Positions 32,209 to 42,100 of a stretch of 64,000 nucleotides of DNA are shown in pieces. The position numbers and the translations under genes were made by a program. The notes beneath the pieces are model-generated. The model was not told where the DNA came from. It made no database searches and was given only the letters and a program-made list of their open reading frames with translations. This DNA comes from a virus. Numbering within the stretch: position 1 is the first letter of the stretch; each line of letters opens with the position of its first letter. The stretch is from IMG/VR virus record IMGVR_UViG_3300045988_175328, positions 128,001 through 192,000 of that record; one strand, 5' to 3'.

Positions 32209-32427
32209 AAAAAGAAGCAAGAACTAATGCCTATGCTTATTCGTTGCCATATCTATGGCAAGAAAAACATAGAAGGCCCTGAAGGGTGGGAGAACGATAG
32301 CAAAGCTCCATGGTATGATCCAAAAGGTAAGTACGGACCTGAAATAAAAGGAGCTCTAGCTAACGGATATACCGAGGAAGAGATGATAAATTATTTTGAA
32401 TATATCGATGGATTCAGCAGTTACGCT
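32209..32427 (+). CDS. dnaE: DnaE exon 2 (73 codons)
   Basis: In frame with exon 1 after splicing. It ends ...IDGFSSYA with a T before the second TAATAATAGG. Together with exon 3 it rebuilds YA|FNQSHAAAY (cf. GYGFNKSHSAAY). Confidence 0.8.
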
Positions 32428-32771
32428 TAATAATAGGGCGCATTAATAAAGAAATTTATTAATGAAAATGGGATAAACCTTTTTAGGGTGTCGATTTAAT
32501 TGTCGGCTAACGGTAGAAGTTAAATAAGCAAACGACGAATACGCTTCCTAAGAGATGCTACGGTCCACATTGTGGATAGCAGCCAATACCGTGCCAATCT
32601 AAAATCTTAGCCTTTAGTGATTTTAGCAGGTGTAGAGACTAACAGGTGAGTAGCTAAAACAATAAGCCTGACATGAACATCCCACATCTTAAATAGAGAT
32701 GAAGAGATAGTCCGATACTCATGAATAACAGTAATGAGAGTATGAGATAAAGAGCTCATATGTAACGAATG
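32428..32771 (+). mobile_element. group I intron 2 in dnaE (344 nt, ORF-less)
   Basis: It has the same 5' start TAATAATAGG. It shares GCTAACGGTA, AATACCGTGCCAA, an R element AGGTGTAGAGACTAACA and an S element GAAGAGATAGTCC with intron 1. It ends at G32771. Confidence 0.8.
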
Positions 32772-33566
32772 TTTAATCAGTCACATGCTGCCGCATATTC
32801 ATATAATACATTTCTTACAGCATGGTTAAAGTATTATTATCCGGCCGAATTCTTTGCGGCTCATCTTTCTATGCAAGATACAAAAGATCTTTATAAATAT
32901 TTACCGATCGTAAGGAAAGCTGGTATCGAAATAAAATGTCCAGATATTAATAAATCTGGAGAGAACTTTTTGCCACAAGGTAAAAGTATTTTATTCGGCT
33001 TAGGCAGTGTCAATACAATTGGAGGGAAGGCGTTAAATGCTATTATGACGAACCGCCCATTCTCTTCGATTGAAGATCTTGATAGTAAGGTATCTGGCCG
33101 TGAATTAAATAAAAGAAGTATTAATTATTTAATTCAGGCTGGTGCTTTTGATTTTGAAGATGCAAACCGAAAGGTAGTTGCTAATAAATTTGCTGATCTT
33201 CGTAAAGATACTAAAATATATCTTGAAGAACCTATGACCGAAAAAGAATACATGGAGATGGAAAGTAACAGTATTGGATTCCCTGTAACATATCTTCCAG
33301 AATGGTATCATCTTGAACTAGGAGACACTCCTTTCTTCAAGATAAAAGTAGCTGCTGTTAATGAACGAAATGATCGTTCTGGTAATTTAATGGCGTTTTT
33401 AGAACTTGATGTTGGAGGCGGCGTACTAATCGATGCCGTAGCATTTAGTTCTATATACACTACTAACTTAAGTTACCTTCGAAAAGATAGCGAGATATTT
33501 GTATCCGGCAAAAAAGATAGTGAATCTAAATTTGTTCTTAAAAAAATAAGTCTTACTGGTGAGTAA
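32772..33566 (+). CDS. dnaE: DnaE exon 3 (C-terminal part)
   Basis: FNQSHAAAYSYNTFLTAWLKYYYPAEFFAA matches FNKSHSAAYA...tyqtaWLKahYPaEFmAA. A terminator follows. Confidence 0.85.
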   Translation, partial: FNQSHAAAYSYNTFLTAWLKYYYPAEFFAAHLSMQDTKDLYKYLPIVRKAGIEIKCPDINKSGENFLPQGKSILFGLGSVNTIGGKALNAIMTNRPFSSIEDLDSKVSGRELNKRSINYLIQAGAFDFEDANRKVVANKFADLRKDTKIYLEEPMTEKEYMEMESNSIGFPVTYLPEWYHLELGDTPFFKIKVAAVNERNDRSGNLMAFLELDVGGGVLIDAVAFSSIYTTNLSYLRKDSEIFVSGKKDSESKFVLKKISLTGE

Positions 33567-33570
33567 TAAA

Positions 33571-33620
33571 AGAACCGTGGAAATATATGCTTTTAAGCGT
33601 AGACTTCCACGGTTCTTTCT
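33571..33620 (+). terminator. rho-independent terminator after dnaE
   Basis: GAACCGTGGAA (33571-33581) / TTCCACGGTTC (33604-33614), an 11-bp stem, then TTTCTG. Confidence 0.7.
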
Positions 33621-33671
33621 GTAATATAGAATCGTTATTTTTAAAATTTAATTTTTAAAGGAAATTAATAT

Positions 33672-34409
33672 ATGTCAAATATAAAAGGAAATATTGTTGT
33701 TAACGATCCCGCCTCTGGCAATAATCGGGTCTTCAATCCTAAGACTGAAGCAAGCCAAGTATATTTTGCCGACGGCGAAACGTTAGAACAAAAATTTAAA
33801 AAATGGATTCCAGATCATGCATTACTATCTGATCGTGCAGGTACTGCTGATCGTAGTGATCTAAGCGAAGATACTCGTAAATTTATGGGGCATCCTATCG
33901 AAGATTTTTTAATGCGAGAAGAATTGCTATCTGCTATCTACAAAGCTATCGATATGATGGAATGGAAACCTAGTGTTGAACACCTTGAAGATCTAGCTGT
34001 TACTTATCCCAACGCTAAAGCTGGAGATCTTGCGATGGTTCGCGGTGGAGATCCTGCTGGAAGCATTTATCGATTCGATGGAAACCATTGGGTACTAGCT
34101 GTTCGTGCTGGCGAAACTGTTATTCCAAATAATGTAATCGATAAAATTAATAAAGCCTCTGTAATTCGCAAAAAAGAATTCAGCAACGCTGATTGGATAA
34201 AACAAGGCGACAATGATTACACATTATCGATTCGATTATTCGGCGCTGAAATTTTACAAGTATATGCAAGCGATAACAATATTAATAAAATTAGCACTAT
34301 TACTCCAGAGTATAATGATAATAATGTTGTGATTCGCAGCATCGAGCCAGAGTCTGGATATATTCTTTACTACTTAAAAGATGAGCCTATTACTATCGAA
34401 AGAAATTAA
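33672..34409 (+). CDS. fibre-like virion protein
   Basis: AAGGAAATTAATATATG context. KAGDLAMVRGGDPAGSIYRFDGNHWVL is the same G-D/Q-x...-y-dG-.W motif seen at the C-terminus of the 39129 fibre. Confidence 0.5.
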   Translation: MSNIKGNIVVNDPASGNNRVFNPKTEASQVYFADGETLEQKFKKWIPDHALLSDRAGTADRSDLSEDTRKFMGHPIEDFLMREELLSAIYKAIDMMEWKPSVEHLEDLAVTYPNAKAGDLAMVRGGDPAGSIYRFDGNHWVLAVRAGETVIPNNVIDKINKASVIRKKEFSNADWIKQGDNDYTLSIRLFGAEILQVYASDNNINKISTITPEYNDNNVVIRSIEPESGYILYYLKDEPITIERN

Positions 34410-34411
34410 CT

Positions 34412-35224
34412 ATGATTAAATTCTTAAATGGAAAATCTACATCTCACGATATTTCAATAAAGATACTCGAATTATTAAAACAAATCGATGTCGTTAAACT
34501 GTATCCGTCAGACAACATTCTAACAAAAGGTTCTGTTAAGGATTACTTCGATAATTTTAAAGATAGAATAAAAACATTTAAAGATAATGTATCTAATAAT
34601 TTTGACGCTCTTAAAGAATATATTAATTCTAAGTTAGATCTATATCCTACAAAAAAAGAAGCAGATGCAAAGTATGAAAATCTAGCAAATAAAAAAGATT
34701 TCGTTAGAAAAAATGAAATTAATTCTTTTTTTAGTACTTTATTGCTTAATACAAATCAAACATTATCTTTAAATAATACTAGCGGTCCATTAATTAAAAC
34801 TCCAGATTTTTCAATGGAAGTTAGACCTAATTTAATTAAAATAAAAAATAGCGCCGGGAAAGATTTGTTTACTATAGAAAATGGAGTGTTTAAATTAAAC
34901 GGAAAAACAGTTCTTTTAGATAAAGAAAATTTAAGTACTCCTGGCTGGACATTATTGCCAGGATCAGTTAATATTCCTCCTAAAACAAAAATACCATTAA
35001 GCGGAATTAGCTTTAATGATCTGTTAATTATTTATAAATACTGGGACGCGGAAGACAGTAATGATCATCCTTTAGTTGCGCATATTCCATATTATTCTGT
35101 TGCTGGCGATAGGATTTTTAATCAACATTTGCTTTATAAAATTGAAGTAACAAGAGATTATATTATGGAGATAAGCGATATTAAAGCGTCTGGCGCTAAA
35201 TTTTTGGGGGTATATTATCGATGA
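34412..35224 (+). CDS. member 1 of a tandem paralog array (fibre/receptor-binding-like), C-terminus ...GVYYR
   Basis: Helical N-terminal half. The central part is ...IKIKNSAGKDLFTIENGVFKLNGKTVL... The stop overlaps the next start (CGATGA). Confidence 0.55.
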   Translation: MIKFLNGKSTSHDISIKILELLKQIDVVKLYPSDNILTKGSVKDYFDNFKDRIKTFKDNVSNNFDALKEYINSKLDLYPTKKEADAKYENLANKKDFVRKNEINSFFSTLLLNTNQTLSLNNTSGPLIKTPDFSMEVRPNLIKIKNSAGKDLFTIENGVFKLNGKTVLLDKENLSTPGWTLLPGSVNIPPKTKIPLSGISFNDLLIIYKYWDAEDSNDHPLVAHIPYYSVAGDRIFNQHLLYKIEVTRDYIMEISDIKASGAKFLGVYYR

Positions 35225-36081
35225 ATTTAAATAATAAAGACGCTCAAAATAAAGAAATAATTAAGATACATGATTTTGTCGAAGAGAATGTCGTCCCAAA
35301 AATAGAATCTATTTCAAATATCGATCGAATTAATAAATTTAAAAATGAATATGGTTCTGAAATTAAATTATTTAAATCAAAACTGCAACGTAAATTCTAT
35401 GAATTTATCGATAGTTTAAATGTTAAATTAAAAAATATTTATACAAAAATTGAATCTGATAGACTTTTCATTAGAAAAGAAGATAAAGAAAATTTTGTTG
35501 ACCGATCTACAAAGTGGACTACAAATAAAACACAATTATTTAAAGATGGTGCTTTTTTAAATATTTCAGATCGAACAGATACACTCATGCTTTTAAATGG
35601 CGTTAAGTTTGTTTTAGACGGAAACAAAATAAAATTTATTAATCCTGATGGAAGTGAAATATATTCTTACGATCCAGATACTGAAACACAATATGTTCAT
35701 GGCAAAGAAGTTGTTTCTCTTACCGAAAAAGTAGTTTCTGGTGGATTATGGAAAACAATTCCAAATTCTTCGGCTGATCAATTGAATCAGAAGATAATGT
35801 TACCTAGTTATTTTAATGATTTAATGATCGTTTATTATCGAGGTCAAAATAGTTGGTATTGGCCACCAAAAGGTCCTCTTTATGAACAACTTTGTCGACC
35901 AGAATTGCCAATAAAATTCTATACAATTTATGGGAAGTTAGGAATTGAAGTGACAAAAGAACATGTTAAGATAACATCTAAAGGCCCAGGCATGTTTGCT
36001 TCTGCATGGCCAGAAAATATAGATGGAAACAAGTTAAGTAAAAAAGATGAAGTAAAAATCTTAAAGGTGCTTTATCGATGA
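35221..36081 (+). CDS. member 2 of the tandem paralog array, C-terminus ...KVLYR
   Basis: ...KIKFINPDGSEIYSYD...VHGKEVV... and FNDLMIVYY parallel FNDLLIIYKY in member 1. CGATGA overlaps on both sides. Confidence 0.55.
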   Translation: MNLNNKDAQNKEIIKIHDFVEENVVPKIESISNIDRINKFKNEYGSEIKLFKSKLQRKFYEFIDSLNVKLKNIYTKIESDRLFIRKEDKENFVDRSTKWTTNKTQLFKDGAFLNISDRTDTLMLLNGVKFVLDGNKIKFINPDGSEIYSYDPDTETQYVHGKEVVSLTEKVVSGGLWKTIPNSSADQLNQKIMLPSYFNDLMIVYYRGQNSWYWPPKGPLYEQLCRPELPIKFYTIYGKLGIEVTKEHVKITSKGPGMFASAWPENIDGNKLSKKDEVKILKVLYR

Positions 36082-37157
36082 TTGATTTTTTAAAAACTAC
36101 ATTAGAACAAATAAGAGCCTTACGGCGGCAAATCTTTTTGTTTAACAAACTAGAAAGTATTGTAAATGATCGCGGCTCTTTTAACGTTTTCAATGAAGCT
36201 GCAAAATATTTAGAAAAATTACTTACCGATACTACTTCTGATTTTTCTGATCAAATCCAAAAACTTCGAGATAAGTTTAATAATGATATGCTCAATTATT
36301 ATCAAACTTCTGAAGCTGATGAAAGATATCTTCTCAAATCAGAAGGTGAAAATTATCTTAAATTTTCAAAACCATCGATGAATAATATTATAGAAATTAA
36401 TTCAGGCGACTCTCCCGCTATTGAATTCAAGTCTAGATCTAAACCATATTTTAAAATTAAAGAGATCGAAATTACAGGATTTCCTTTTAAAATTTTAAAA
36501 AATGGTGTGCCGATATTCGAACTTGACAATCTTGGAATTAAATCTAATAAGAAAACTATTGTTACTGAAGAAAATATGTCTTCTTTTATAAAAATGACAG
36601 ATTGGAAAATAGCACAAGTAAAAGATGGTCATTTATTCGAAATTCCTTCTGATCAATTTAATGAATATTGGATGGCTCCAAAGAACAATAACTGGACTAA
36701 CTCATTCTATGTTTATGTGAAAAATACTTTATCTATGGAAATGAATTCAACTGTTTTAGATGAAGATGTTACAAAAGAAGGAAATCTTCCAATGACAGGA
36801 TCTCCATATTATGCATTCTGGTATCCTCAAAATAAAGTTCAATGGGGTTCTGTCTTAGTTAAATATGAAAAAGCATGGGACGAAATGGAATGGAAAACAA
36901 GAACTGGAGTTCCGGCAGATTATGTTTTACAACCTGGCGAGCGATATGGAACCGAATGGAAAAGAAAACATAAATGGAAAGGATATCATCCATATGAACG
37001 AAGAGACTGGGTTGATTATCAAGTATTAAAAGCTCATCATCCTGGAAAAATAACATTTGATATACGAGAGCTTTATTCTCAACGACGAAAACATCGGCAT
37101 TCTAGAAATGAACAATGGGATTATGCTGGCGGATATTATGATGTATATTGGAGATAA
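36078..37157 (+). CDS. member 3 of the tandem paralog array, C-terminus ...DVYWR
   Basis: Helical N-terminus. The central part is FKILKNGVPIFELDNLGIKSNKKTIV. The C-terminal domain is larger and W/Y/H-rich. Confidence 0.5.
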   Translation: MIDFLKTTLEQIRALRRQIFLFNKLESIVNDRGSFNVFNEAAKYLEKLLTDTTSDFSDQIQKLRDKFNNDMLNYYQTSEADERYLLKSEGENYLKFSKPSMNNIIEINSGDSPAIEFKSRSKPYFKIKEIEITGFPFKILKNGVPIFELDNLGIKSNKKTIVTEENMSSFIKMTDWKIAQVKDGHLFEIPSDQFNEYWMAPKNNNWTNSFYVYVKNTLSMEMNSTVLDEDVTKEGNLPMTGSPYYAFWYPQNKVQWGSVLVKYEKAWDEMEWKTRTGVPADYVLQPGERYGTEWKRKHKWKGYHPYERRDWVDYQVLKAHHPGKITFDIRELYSQRRKHRHSRNEQWDYAGGYYDVYWR

Positions 37158-37160
37158 TAA

Positions 37161-37673
37161 ATGGATTTAAAAACAATAAAAGAATATATCGATGAACTAA
37201 AACAATCGATACAAAAATTAAAAACAGAACAAATTACTTCTCCAACATATATTGCCACCGATACTGTTCGTGAAAAGCTATTTACTAAAAACCAAACTAT
37301 TGAGTTTTTACGTTCCATTAAAGCGAAACTTTCAGAGATCTCAATTAACGATCTTTCGATTGCTGATAATTCTATTCGTAAGAGTAGATTCACTATTACG
37401 TTCGGTAAAGATCTTTTAGTTAATAACAATAAAGTTCTAACCGAGAATATGAGCCGCGTCAATAAATTTAAGTATTATAAGAAAGAAGAGCTTGAAAATG
37501 GTGAATATTATTTGCTATTTAATTTAAGTCCTTTCTATGAGCCATATTTACTGTTCTTTGCTGGCGATAATATCGAAACTAATTTATTTACAATCATTGA
37601 CCGTAAAATAACTTCAAAATATACATTCACTATTCAGAAACGGGAGAATACTACTATCGATGGAAATCAATAA
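37161..37673 (+). CDS. array-associated small protein (170 aa)
   Basis: Helical N-terminus as in its neighbours (IKEYIDELKQSIQKLK) and ...ITFGKDLLVNNNKVL. It lacks the terminal Y-x-R. Confidence 0.45.
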   Translation: MDLKTIKEYIDELKQSIQKLKTEQITSPTYIATDTVREKLFTKNQTIEFLRSIKAKLSEISINDLSIADNSIRKSRFTITFGKDLLVNNNKVLTENMSRVNKFKYYKKEELENGEYYLLFNLSPFYEPYLLFFAGDNIETNLFTIIDRKITSKYTFTIQKRENTTIDGNQ

Positions 37674-38172
37674 TCAATTATTCGACCTAGTTTCTCTAGA
37701 CAAGGAAACTCGAGAACTTGAAAAAATATTAATCGATGATATCGATTTCCTTATGAGTGAATTGTCGAATAAATATAAACAAGAACACACATTTGATCAA
37801 GATACACTTCTTAAGCAAGAAGAAGATGCAATTTGTAATATCGATACATTAATGACAAATACGACAGAAGGAAATATCACTATTACTGATGATTCCTTAA
37901 GTATTGGTAGTAATGTATTATCTTCAAAAACATATAATAATAATAAATTAGTGTTTGATACAACACCAATTTTTACGTGGACACAAGTTCCACTTAATAA
38001 AACGATTCCTTTAGGCGAGTATACCGAGATATTAATTAAAAGTGACTTTGGCGACATTTTCTTGTTAAATAAAGCTGGTCACTATAAAAAAGAAACTTTG
38101 TATCTTGAAATTCTTGGCAACTACTTAATAATCGACAACCTATCTTTAATAAAAGGAGTCTATCTACGATAA
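37660..38172 (+). CDS. member of the tandem paralog array, C-terminus ...GVYLR
   Basis: 170 aa. ...ITITDDSLSIGSNVLSSK... The C-terminal sequence is LIKGVYLR. Confidence 0.5.
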   Translation: MEINNQLFDLVSLDKETRELEKILIDDIDFLMSELSNKYKQEHTFDQDTLLKQEEDAICNIDTLMTNTTEGNITITDDSLSIGSNVLSSKTYNNNKLVFDTTPIFTWTQVPLNKTIPLGEYTEILIKSDFGDIFLLNKAGHYKKETLYLEILGNYLIIDNLSLIKGVYLR

Positions 38173-38173
38173 T

Positions 38174-38704
38174 ATGAAAAAACTATCGATGGATTCATTA
38201 TTTACTAGACTTCAAAAATTAGCCGCCATCTTAGATGAAATTCCCGATAAAATCATTAGTAATGAAGACATTATTATCGGGAATGACGGCTTAAAGTCAA
38301 GTAATATAAACACGGACTATGTTCCGAAAACAGCTTTCGTCGATATGATTTCGGCGTCAAAATTAAATGCAAAATCACTCGTCGTAAATCACTTCGATTT
38401 CTATGATGGTGATATACATTTCGGTCCACACACATTACATATCGACGACGAACCTGTTATCGATGAAAAAAAAGTTGTCCTTGAGAATACTGTTAAAGAA
38501 ACAACTCATTTACTTCATCAATCGATACTTAATTTAAAAGAAGAACTCATAATTCTTACGAATCATGGGTTTTTTATTTTACCAAAAAATGAAATCGTCG
38601 ACAATGCAATTATCCCGAATCTTGGTATTATCCGTCTCATAGATAATGTGATTTCGATTCGAACCGATCGCGATATCGAAATTAAAGGAGCTTTTACACG
38701 ATGA
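38174..38704 (+). CDS. member of the tandem paralog array, C-terminus ...GAFTR
   Basis: 176 aa. ...IHFGPHTLHIDDEPVI... The C-terminal sequence is EIKGAFTR. CGATGA overlap to the next gene. Confidence 0.5.
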   Translation: MKKLSMDSLFTRLQKLAAILDEIPDKIISNEDIIIGNDGLKSSNINTDYVPKTAFVDMISASKLNAKSLVVNHFDFYDGDIHFGPHTLHIDDEPVIDEKKVVLENTVKETTHLLHQSILNLKEELIILTNHGFFILPKNEIVDNAIIPNLGIIRLIDNVISIRTDRDIEIKGAFTR

Positions 38705-39120
38705 AACATTTTATTGATCAAGCTTCATTGAACGAAACAAGTATTGAATACTTAGTCTATAAGTTAAATGAAGTCATCCGAAATCTTAATAACAAACCCG
38801 ATATTCATGATCTTGAGTACTGGGAAGATTATTTCTCTAAAATAAAAGCCCGCGAAGAAAATCTTACGTATGAAGATATTCTCGAAGGGCTTAAAAATAA
38901 GCCTAGCTTTAGCGAAGTACGCGAAGAAATTCGTGCCGAACTTACTAAGCTTATTGACGAAATTAACCAACGTATCTACCAGCCATCTCTCGAACAATTA
39001 CTTCGAGTTATCGGCGATAGTTTACAGGAACATATTCAACGAATGGCGCAACAATATCTTGATCGTTCAATCAACGATATTAAAGAACAATTAAGCGCTG
39101 AAATTATTTACTGGTCCTAG
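38701..39120 (+). CDS. hypothetical helical protein preceding the giant fibre
   Basis: 139-aa ORF, predicted helical by eye from heptad-like spacing and K/E richness. Confidence 0.5.
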   Translation: MKHFIDQASLNETSIEYLVYKLNEVIRNLNNKPDIHDLEYWEDYFSKIKAREENLTYEDILEGLKNKPSFSEVREEIRAELTKLIDEINQRIYQPSLEQLLRVIGDSLQEHIQRMAQQYLDRSINDIKEQLSAEIIYWS

Positions 39121-39128
39121 GAGAACAA

Positions 39129-42100
39129 ATGCTTAAATCTAGAATCCATTTTGGCCTTTACGATCCTCGTAAAGATAGAGGTATTAATTTTAATGGTGGC
39201 AACGGTGGAAGTGTTACGCCATCTGCACCTACAACAGATTTAACTGACTTGTCTAATGCTGTTAAAGCTGCCGATCAAGCTGTTAAAGCTGCTGAACAAA
39301 AATTAGCAGAAACGAAAGCGACTGCTGATTCTAATAAAGAAAAAACGGCTGAAAATAACTCCTTAGCCAAAGCTGCTCAAGCTGCTGCTGATGTAGCAAA
39401 AGCTTCTGCAGAACTTGCGAAAGCTGAAGCAGCTGCGGCCAAGGCGAAAGGTGAAGAAGCTGTTGGTCTTGCAAATGCTGGCACAGCTAAAGCAAACGAA
39501 GTCGAAGCTAAAGCTCAAGAAGCTAAAGTTGCGGCCGATGCTGCTAAAGAAGCTGCTGATGCTGCTAAAGCTGCGATCGAAGAAGTCAAAGCATTAGCTC
39601 AAGAAGCTAAACAAAAAGCAGAACAAGCTGCTGCCGGTAATGCAACTCCAAGTGCTCCTGCATCTGATCCAGCTGCTGCTCGAAAAGCTGAAGAAGCGAA
39701 ACAAGAAGCCGCTGCCGCTAAAGCTGCTGTTGAAGAAGCTAAACCAAAAGTTGAAGCTGCAAAACAAGCTGCCGATGAAGCAAAAGCAAAAGCTGAAGAA
39801 TTAGGCCCTAAAATTGAAGAAGCCAAAACTCTTGCACGTAAAGCTCAAGAAGATGCTAACCTTGCAAAAGCTGGCCTCGAAGAAGTTAAACCTAAAATTG
39901 ATGCAGCGAAACAAACTGCTGAAGATGCTAAAACTAAAGCTGATGAAGCTAAAGCTGCAATCGACGGTCTTAAAGAAAAGAACGACGAATTAAAACAAAA
40001 AGTTAACGAAGCATTAACAGCTGTTCAAGGTCAAAACGACGGCATCTCTGAAGCTAAAACTAAAGCTGCCGATGCTCTTGGAAAAGCTAACGAAACTCTT
40101 CAAAAATTCCCAGTTCTCGATGCTAAAGTCGATACAGCAAAAGAAGTAGCGGAAGCTGCTAAAGCAAAAGCTAACGAAGTAGAAGCTATTGCTAATGCTG
40201 CGAACGAAGCTGCATTGGCAACTAATCGTGCTATCAGTGAATTAACTCCTAAAGTTGAAGAAGCTAAAACTCTTGCAACAGAAGCAAAAGAAAAAGCTAA
40301 CGAAGTCGAAGGTAAGGCTACTGAAGCTAAAACTGCAGCTGGTGAAGCTACAGCTAAAGCCGAAGCTGCCGACACTAAAGCACAAGGAGTTAAAGAAGCT
40401 GTCGACACTTTAAAACAAGAAATTGCAGCCGATAAAGAAAATATCAAAGCTACTTACTTACCTAAAACAGAAGCAGCTGCTATGTATCAACCTAAAGGTG
40501 AATACGTATCCTTAACAGAACTTGCTGAAAAGATTCGTGAAGCTAATGACGGTGATCTAAAAGCAACTGATGCTGACGCTAAATATGCGACTAAAGCTGA
40601 GATCGAAGCTCTTAATAAAGCAATGACTCCTGAAGCAGTCGCTCAAATTAAAAAAGCAATCCAAGTTCTTCAAGACAATCCTGACTTGATGGAACAAATC
40701 GCTAAGAAAGCGAATGCTGATACAGTTTATACTAAAGAACAAATGGATCACGATCTTCAAGAATTACGTAAATTAATTACTGATCTTGAAACTAAAGTTA
40801 AAGAACCAGGCGAAGCTCCTGATTTAACTCAATTCGTTAAACTTTCTGAATTAAGTGAAAAAGTATTAGCCCTTGTCGACTTAACTCCTTACTTAACAAA
40901 AGAAGAAGCTGAGCGTACATATCTTAAAAAAGTTGATCTTCCAGATATCGAAGCTATCAAAACTCAACTTGCAACTAAACTTGACGAAAGTGCATTGCAA
41001 ACAGTTACTCAAACTCTTGAGTTATTAGTGACTGATGTACAAGCTAATAAAGCTGACGTTCTTAAATATAAACAACAAATCACTGAAGCTAACGATAATG
41101 CAGCTGCTGCTAAAGCAAAAGCAGAAGGATTAGAACCTCGCGTAGCTGGTATCGAAGAAAAACAAGAATTTGTTAAACGTACCGTAATGGAAGCTTCTGC
41201 AAAAGCTGATGCCGCTGGAGGACAAATTCAATCTATTCGCGAGTTCATCGATAATTTACATGTTCCTGAAGTTAGCGGTTTCGCAACTAAAAAAGAAGTT
41301 GCAGGCAAGGCCGATAAATCTCAATTAGAAGCTCTTGCTACTAAAGAAGAATTAGGTGCTAAAGCAAATGCAAGCGACTTAACTTCTTTGGCAACTAAAG
41401 AAGAAGTAGCAGCTAAAGCAAACGCTTCTGATTTAACTTCTTTAGCCACTAAAGAAGAAGTAGCGGCTAAAGCAAACGCAAGTGACTTGACTTCTTTGGC
41501 TACTAAAGAAGAATTACAAGCTAAAGCTAATGCAAGTGATTTAACTTCTCTTGCTACAAAAGAAGAGTTAGCTACTAAAGCTAATGCATCTGACTTAACA
41601 CCTTTAGCGACAAAAGAAGAAGTTAATGCTGTCGATACTAAAGCTACTGGATTAACAACTCGCGTTGAAACTTTAGAAAATGCAACTCACTTCACAAAAG
41701 CTGAAGCTGATGAAGCATATCAACCAAAAGGCGAATATGCTCTTAAATCTCAATTAGATGCAATTGCTGGTCTTGACTCTGCAACTGTTGAAAAATTAAA
41801 AGCTATGCTTACCGATTTAGAAGCGAACGGCAACGTTGCTGCTATTGTTGAAAAACTTGGTAAAGTATACACTAAAGAAGAAGCTAATGGCTTACTTGCA
41901 GCTCTTGCTACTAAAGAAGAAATTGCTGATGTTGTTAAATCTCCAGCTCTTGCGGCTTTAAAACAAGAGTTAGAAACAGCTATCGAAGCAAATGCTACGA
42001 AAGAAGAATTAGCAGCTAAGGCAAACGCTAGTGACTTGACTCCTCTTGCTACTAAAGAAGAGCTTACTGCTAAAGCTCAAGAGTTAACAACAGTTATCGA

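Noticed and set aside
32227-32430. Stand-alone 67-aa gene between two non-coding gaps
   Set aside because: There is no SD. The frame is open upstream to 32098. Its sequence supplies exactly the missing DnaE segment (KKK..., ...YA before FNQSH). It is exon 2 of dnaE.
39599-40447. Antisense and alternative-frame ORFs inside the Ala-rich genes (e.g. 39415..39597 +, 39599..39826 -, 40100..40447 -, 52993..53277 -, 53380..53778 -, 56059..56379 -)
   Set aside because: These are mirror-frame artefacts of GCT/GCA/AAA-rich coding sequence. They are low-complexity, have no SD, and all lie within long well-supported + strand genes. The same reasoning applies to the other minus-strand ORFs in the track.
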